A DNA stretch of 64,000 bases from positions 244,659 to 308,658 of the forward strand of contig NZ_CBDATK010000007.1 in NCBI RefSeq assembly GCF_965200135.1, in the 5' to 3' direction. Source of the stretch: Sphingomonas sp. GTDB taxonomy: Bacteria; Pseudomonadota; Alphaproteobacteria; Sphingomonadales; Sphingomonadaceae. Below are positions 59,544-64,000 of the stretch, piece by piece (within the stretch, counting starts at the first letter, position 1; each line of letters starts with the position of its first letter). Below the pieces are notes generated by a model. It was not told the DNA's origin. It searched no databases and saw only the letters and a list, made by a program, of their open reading frames with translations. Both the position numbers and the translations under genes were made by a program.

Positions 59544-62042
59544 TTGACCGTGGGCGATAAGTTGGCGGGCCAGAAACACGCGAGGCTCGTGAGTTCGAAG
59601 GGGGACGACGTGGCGGACTTAGATTGGGAAGCGATCGGCTCAGCCGTCAAGAGTGGCCGGTACAATCTGCTCTTGGGAGCGGGCGTGAGCTTGGACAGCC
59701 AGAGCGGGCTGCCCAACGAGAAATGTCCGGCGGCTGGAGGGCTAGCAAAGGCACTGCAAGACGCATTGCCGGGAGTGCGTCCCGGTTCCTCATTGAACCG
59801 GCTATACCGAACGATGAAGCCGGAGCAAATTGAGCAACAAATAACCAATAGGTTCCGTGGCTGCGTACCAGGCGATACCGTCAAGGAAATCGCGAAATTT
59901 AGATGGAAGCGCATCTTCACATTGAATGTAGATGATGCGCTTGAGAGGGCCTACGAAACTAAAGAGCTTTCTGTTCAGAGTGTCAGACCGTTTAACTATG
60001 TGGACCCGTACGAGAGTATTCGTGACCTTCGTGTCCTCCCGATTGTCCATCTTCACGGATGGGCCCGCCGCCCGGAGGATGAGTACATCTTTGACATCAA
60101 GGAGTACATGGGTGCAATCAGCTCCAACAATATTTGGGCTCATATCCTTGGCACCCTAATCAGAACGGAGCCATTTATTGTCCTTGGCAGTTCGTTGGAA
60201 GAGCCGGATATCACATACTTTCTCTCGGACAGAGCTAACGTAATCGAGCGAAGGGATCGTCCGCCATCGATCATAGTAGAGCCCTTTCCTGACGCTGGAA
60301 CGGAAATCGACTGCGAAGAGTACAAAATGGGCCTCTTCACGGGATCGGCGCTGGAATTTCTGAATGAAGTAAATCGCCGGTTCCCAGTTCGCCCAACTGT
60401 CGATGAGGCTATCGCGGACAATCTCGGGGACATCGCTTCAGCGAAGATTGATGCCAGTGCCCTGACGGAATTTCACTCGGATTTCGAACGCGTTCCCGAC
60501 GACGGGCGGGAGGGAGCCGACGGGGGAACGAACTTCGCCTACGGTCACCAACCCACTTGGCTAGATATTCAAAACGGGCGCGATGTCTCTCGCGAAAACA
60601 CCGGGTCGCTTGAAGCGGAGATAATCAAAAACGGTGATAAAACACTTTATGTAGTCGCCGGAGGTCCTGGGGCGGGCAAAACTACCCAGCTGAAGAGGCT
60701 TGCATGGAACATCGCTCAGTCAGGCGCTCCGTGCTTCTGGCTCCGTTCAGTCGGCCGTATTCGTACTTCAAGCGCCGCAGCGGTGCTCGGGAGCCTAGGT
60801 CGACGCTGCTACGTGTTTGTCGACAATCTAGCAGATAACGTGTCTGAGATACTCGCACTCCAACAACGGTTACCACGCGACAACGTGGTGTTTGTTGGGG
60901 CGGAACGAGCCTACCGGATCGGCCATGTCCGGAGAGTCCTGGGAGGCGGCGTACTCACTCCGGAAATTCTAGGCCCTGTCGGAGAATCGATCGCTGGAGA
61001 GCTTCTCACCGCCTACAAGAACTATGGTCTCGCGAACCCGCCACAGCAGGATGCCAACCTGAGCCCGGTGGCGGACGAAGTTGTTGCAGTGGCCTGCTGC
61101 CGCATTCTAAATAACTTTGAACCCCTCGCAAACATAATAGATAAGTCTCTTGCCGATGCCCCGCAGGATGTCGATTGCTATGTCTTCGCGGCATTAGCTG
61201 CTCATTGCTTTAGGCAGGGGGTCGAGTACGACATCATCAGCGCGAAGTTTCCAGGGTATCAGGTGGAGACACAAATCGACGATGAAGCGGCTCTTCCCTT
61301 AAAGTTAGAAGACGTTTCAGGGCTAGAGCTTGTTACTCCGCTCAATGAGGCTGTTTCGGACTCCGTTCTAGGCCGCTTTACCAACCGCTTTCCCGATAGG
61401 TCTTTGAAGCTCTTCGGAGACTTGGCTCATGCGATTCGTCCAAGGGTTAGCATCAAGGCTATGATGGCCGGTGACCCAGCAGCACGAATTGCATCACGAC
61501 TGTTTGATTTCGATGAGGTAGTCAAGCCGCTCTTAGGCATTCAAGGTGCTGGCCTATTCTACGAAGCGACTAAGAAGGAATGGAAGTGGAACTCCCGCTA
61601 CTGGCACCAAATTGCCCAGTATCGGCTCGACTTGGCTGCATATGCAGACGACCCGGCTGTTAGAAAACAAGAAGCCGAGCTTGCAGTGCAGCATGCTCGT
61701 TTTGCAAAGACCATAGAGCGCTCACACCAGTTTACGATGACGACCATAGGCCGAGTTATTTTTGGTAAGATGCGTCTCCTCGGCAGGGTTATCCCGAGTG
61801 AGCTGGAGGAAGCGCTGGACGCGTTGTCCTCCGCAATACGCATAGAAGCTTACAAGGGCAGGGTAACGGTCCACCCCTTTATGATCCTCTTTAAAGGCCT
61901 TGCGGAGTCGCTCGAAGCAGGTGCTGTGCTATCAAGCGAGCAGAAGAGTATTGTGCGGTCACAAATCGAAAGGGCGATGGACGCTTTTAGGCGGGATCAA
62001 GACCTTGCCGCTGAAGCTAACCGCATGCGCAAATTAATTTGA
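59544..62042 (+). CDS. SIR2-like domain / P-loop (STAND-like) NTPase / helical-repeat protein, candidate antiphage defence
   Basis: LLLGAGVS, IFTLNVDDALE, VHLHGW and FIVLGSSLEEPD form a SIR2_2-like region. GGPGAGKTT is Walker A and CYVFVDNLAD is Walker-B-like. The C-terminal ~370 aa look helical. The likely start is GTG 59610, behind GAAGGGGGA. Confidence 0.8.
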   Translation: MTVGDKLAGQKHARLVSSKGDDVADLDWEAIGSAVKSGRYNLLLGAGVSLDSQSGLPNEKCPAAGGLAKALQDALPGVRPGSSLNRLYRTMKPEQIEQQITNRFRGCVPGDTVKEIAKFRWKRIFTLNVDDALERAYETKELSVQSVRPFNYVDPYESIRDLRVLPIVHLHGWARRPEDEYIFDIKEYMGAISSNNIWAHILGTLIRTEPFIVLGSSLEEPDITYFLSDRANVIERRDRPPSIIVEPFPDAGTEIDCEEYKMGLFTGSALEFLNEVNRRFPVRPTVDEAIADNLGDIASAKIDASALTEFHSDFERVPDDGREGADGGTNFAYGHQPTWLDIQNGRDVSRENTGSLEAEIIKNGDKTLYVVAGGPGAGKTTQLKRLAWNIAQSGAPCFWLRSVGRIRTSSAAAVLGSLGRRCYVFVDNLADNVSEILALQQRLPRDNVVFVGAERAYRIGHVRRVLGGGVLTPEILGPVGESIAGELLTAYKNYGLANPPQQDANLSPVADEVVAVACCRILNNFEPLANIIDKSLADAPQDVDCYVFAALAAHCFRQGVEYDIISAKFPGYQVETQIDDEAALPLKLEDVSGLELVTPLNEAVSDSVLGRFTNRFPDRSLKLFGDLAHAIRPRVSIKAMMAGDPAARIASRLFDFDEVVKPLLGIQGAGLFYEATKKEWKWNSRYWHQIAQYRLDLAAYADDPAVRKQEAELAVQHARFAKTIERSHQFTMTTIGRVIFGKMRLLGRVIPSELEEALDALSSAIRIEAYKGRVTVHPFMILFKGLAESLEAGAVLSSEQKSIVRSQIERAMDAFRRDQDLAAEANRMRKLI

Positions 62043-62063
62043 GCGCGTCCACGAGACCGCCGC

Positions 62064-62395
62064 TTACGCGGGCAGCCGCCTCGCGATCACATCGTCGGCT
62101 GAGTGCGCGTACCGCGCCGTCGTCTGGGAGGGAGCGTGCCCGAGCAGCTTGCGGTCATCGACAGCGGTATGCTGTCCGAGAGGGTGACGCAGGCGAAGCT
62201 ATTTCGAAGGTCGTGCAGTCGCACGTTCGGCAACGCCCCGCGTGTGCGCGGGCGTTCCCTTGCAGGAGTTGGAGCTCTTACGGCGATAATCTTGGATCAT
62301 CGGCCCTCAAGTGCTCCATCTACCGGTTTCGATCGCGCTCGTTGCTCGGATGAGCCCGTCCGAAGGTCCGCCCCGCCGCAGGAAAGTAGGCGCAC
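62064..62395 (-). pseudogene. tyrosine integrase C-terminal remnant
   Basis: Reverse-strand reading gives VRLHDLRNSFA (62224-62192) and, in another frame, KLLGHAPSQTTARYAHSADDVIARRLPA* (stop 62064-62066). There is an in-frame TGA at 62297-62299. The N-terminal two-thirds of the gene are absent. Confidence 0.7.
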
Positions 62396-62458
62396 AAACT
62401 TTTCTGGGGGCCCTTCTGGGGGCCCTTCACTAATGCGGAATTATTTAAGCTTTAGTCT

Positions 62459-64000
62459 TCAATGGTTTGCACTGCAAACGCGCGTCCTCTTCTGGCACCA
62501 CTTCCGGTCAAAACTGGGCACCGTAGCGCAAGCTGCGGGATCGCCTTTCCGGGCGGCGTTTTCGAGCGCAGCCTTCGAACCGGCGATGATGATCTCGTTG
62601 TCGTTGACCGTCACGTTGGACACCAGCAAGCGTACATACGCGCGACGCATTTCGCTGTTTTCGGCCAGAATGCTGGCGCGCAGCGCATTACCGAAGCGCT
62701 GGATTGCTTCGTCGGTGATCTGGTGCGCGGCGTTGCCGAGCTGCCCGGCCAGGCTGCGCTCGGTTTCGGCGAGGGTGGCGATGGAGGCATTGGCCTCGGC
62801 GAGCTTGGTCGCGAAGATCGGATCGCGGACGCTCATCATTCCGTCCTCGACGATCTCGAGCAGCCGGCGCAGCCGCGTCTCCGCCGCGATGCGTTCGCGA
62901 CGCACGCGGTGGAGATCCTGTTCACGGCGCTGCCTGGCATCATCGGACCGATCGAGCACGTCGGCGAGCAGCGCGCGCAAGCGATCCGGCGCTAGGACGC
63001 GATGGAGCAGGCCGTCGAGCACGATCGCATCGAGCGCGTCTTCGCGAATCGACTTGCTGGGACATTCGCTTGCGCCCGCCGTCGCCTTCTGGTTGCAGAC
63101 GTAGTAGCGATACTGACCACCCTTGCCGCTGCGGATCACCATCCCGGCATTGCACTCGGCATGGCCGCAGGTCGCCAGGCCACCCAGCAGCACGGGCGAG
63201 TTGGTGATGCGTGGCGCCGTCACACGCGGCGCGGCCTTCGACCGAATCGCGGCGACGCGCGCCATCACGTCAGGCTCGATGATCTTCGGGCATTCGACAA
63301 CGATCTCGTCGGCGGTGTTGGGCGTAGCACCATGATCGTCGCGCGTGCGGTCCCGGTAGGATCCGGCGTAATGTTCGCGCGTCAGGATGCCATCGACGTT
63401 GCTGTGATAGAACTTCCTGCCGCGCAGCGTGTAGCCCTGATCGTTGAGATATTTGGCGATCGCCCGCGTGCCCATCGGCTGGCCGGCCAGACCGGTGCAC
63501 GCCAGTTGCACGATCAGGCGAACGACCGCCGCTTCGGGCGCACGCACGAACAGCTTCTTCCGCTCCTTGCGTCCCTCGACGCTGACTACGCGCGATTCAT
63601 AGCCGAACGGGACCGGCCCGCCGTTCCAATATCCCGCCTGGGCATTGCCGCGCCGATCGCGGCAGGTGAACGTGGATGCGTCGTTGGCGTACTTCTCGTT
63701 CATCACCGCGATGAAACCGCGCATCATCCGGCTGTTGGGATCATCGCCCATTCCCTCGATGACGGAGATGAGCTTCACTCCAGCCTCGGTCAGCTTGTGC
63801 TCGGCGGTGACTTGAGTGAGCAGCCGCCGGGTGAACCGGCTCAGCGCATAGACGACCACGACATGCACCGGGCGGGCGGGCGACGTCGCCAGCGCGATCA
63901 TCCGGTCGAACTGCCTGCGCTGCAGCTTCCGGCCCGACACGTTCAGTTCCTCGAACACCTCGGCGACCGCGATGCCTTCGCGTTCGCACAGGGCCCGGCA
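62459..64000 (-). CDS. large serine recombinase (N-terminus outside window)
   Basis: The ORF is open to the window edge. It has a resolvase-domain end (VVVYALSRFTRR), a recombinase domain, a zinc ribbon (CGHAEC...YYVCNQ) and a coiled-coil C-terminus. Confidence 0.9.
   Translation of the reverse strand, partial: CRALCEREGIAVAEVFEELNVSGRKLQRRQFDRMIALATSPARPVHVVVVYALSRFTRRLLTQVTAEHKLTEAGVKLISVIEGMGDDPNSRMMRGFIAVMNEKYANDASTFTCRDRRGNAQAGYWNGGPVPFGYESRVVSVEGRKERKKLFVRAPEAAVVRLIVQLACTGLAGQPMGTRAIAKYLNDQGYTLRGRKFYHSNVDGILTREHYAGSYRDRTRDDHGATPNTADEIVVECPKIIEPDVMARVAAIRSKAAPRVTAPRITNSPVLLGGLATCGHAECNAGMVIRSGKGGQYRYYVCNQKATAGASECPSKSIREDALDAIVLDGLLHRVLAPDRLRALLADVLDRSDDARQRREQDLHRVRRERIAAETRLRRLLEIVEDGMMSVRDPIFATKLAEANASIATLAETERSLAGQLGNAAHQITDEAIQRFGNALRASILAENSEMRRAYVRLLVSNVTVNDNEIIIAGSKAALENAARKGDPAACATVPSFDRKWCQKRTRVCSANH
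62484..62505 (+). repeat. attR-like degenerate copy of the tRNA-Leu 3' end
   Basis: GTCCTCTTCTGGCACCACTTCC versus GTCCTCTTCTGGGCACCATTTCC in the tRNA. One G is missing and there is one T>C change. Confidence 0.7.

Larger units (their letters stand above)
47442..62505. mobile_element. ~15 kb integrated genomic (defence) island at tRNA-Leu
   Basis: Flanked by the tRNA 3'-end direct repeat. The integrase lies next to the tRNA. AlpA-like genes, extra recombinase genes, low-GC patches and defence cargo are present. Confidence 0.7.

Noticed and set aside
61602-61615. A sigma-54-like TGGCAC...TTGC element. rpoN is in the window.
   Set aside because: The GG-to-GC spacing is one nt too short compared with TGGCACG-N4-TTGC, and the element lies inside the SIR2-NTPase coding region.
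62103-63104. A 333-aa plus-strand ORF downstream of the SIR2-NTPase gene.
   Set aside because: It is antisense to the motif-rich large serine recombinase and to the integrase remnant, and it has no recognisable domains.

Overview
This window is 64 kb of a high-GC, alphaproteobacterial-type chromosome. The gene order (rpmF-plsX-fabH-ihfA-merR; rnd-like-lptC-lptA-lptB-rpoN; an NDUFA9-like gene; a two-domain cold-shock protein) suggests a Sphingomonadales-like host, but the taxon is inference only. Region 1 to about 47.3 kb is mostly housekeeping: pheT (3' part), prfC, lipid genes, a pabB-pabC fusion, aspartate aminotransferase, msrA, LPS transport plus sigma-54, glutamate synthase gltD/gltB and uppP. 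It also holds all four members of the 'ligase-associated DNA damage response' set (pdeM, Lhr-like helicase, beta-CASP exonuclease, ATP-dependent ligase), scattered over three loci. Three toxin-antitoxin-type modules sit in this core. They are a doubly frameshifted Fic gene with an intact small upstream ORF, vapBC, and an mntA-hepT pair wedged between gltD and gltB with 4-nt overlaps at every junction. A ~15 kb integrated island runs from tRNA-Leu(CAG) (47355-47441) to a degenerate copy of the tRNA 3' end (62484-62505). The island carries a P4-type integrase, two AlpA-like genes, a second tyrosine recombinase and an integrase remnant. Its defence cargo is a GmrSD-like DUF262/DUF1524 protein, a type III R-M system (mod has a sharply low-GC central block) and one large SIR2-like / P-loop NTPase / helical-repeat protein. 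That last protein is my best candidate for a poorly characterised antiphage system. A large serine recombinase gene (5' end outside the window) starts right of the island and reads through the att copy, which suggests tandem elements at one tRNA. I recognised no rRNA, CRISPR array or IS element. Many long ORFs in the six-frame track are antisense or off-frame artefacts of the high GC. Start codons are often uncertain by tens of nt. All functional calls come from motif recognition by eye, not from database searches.
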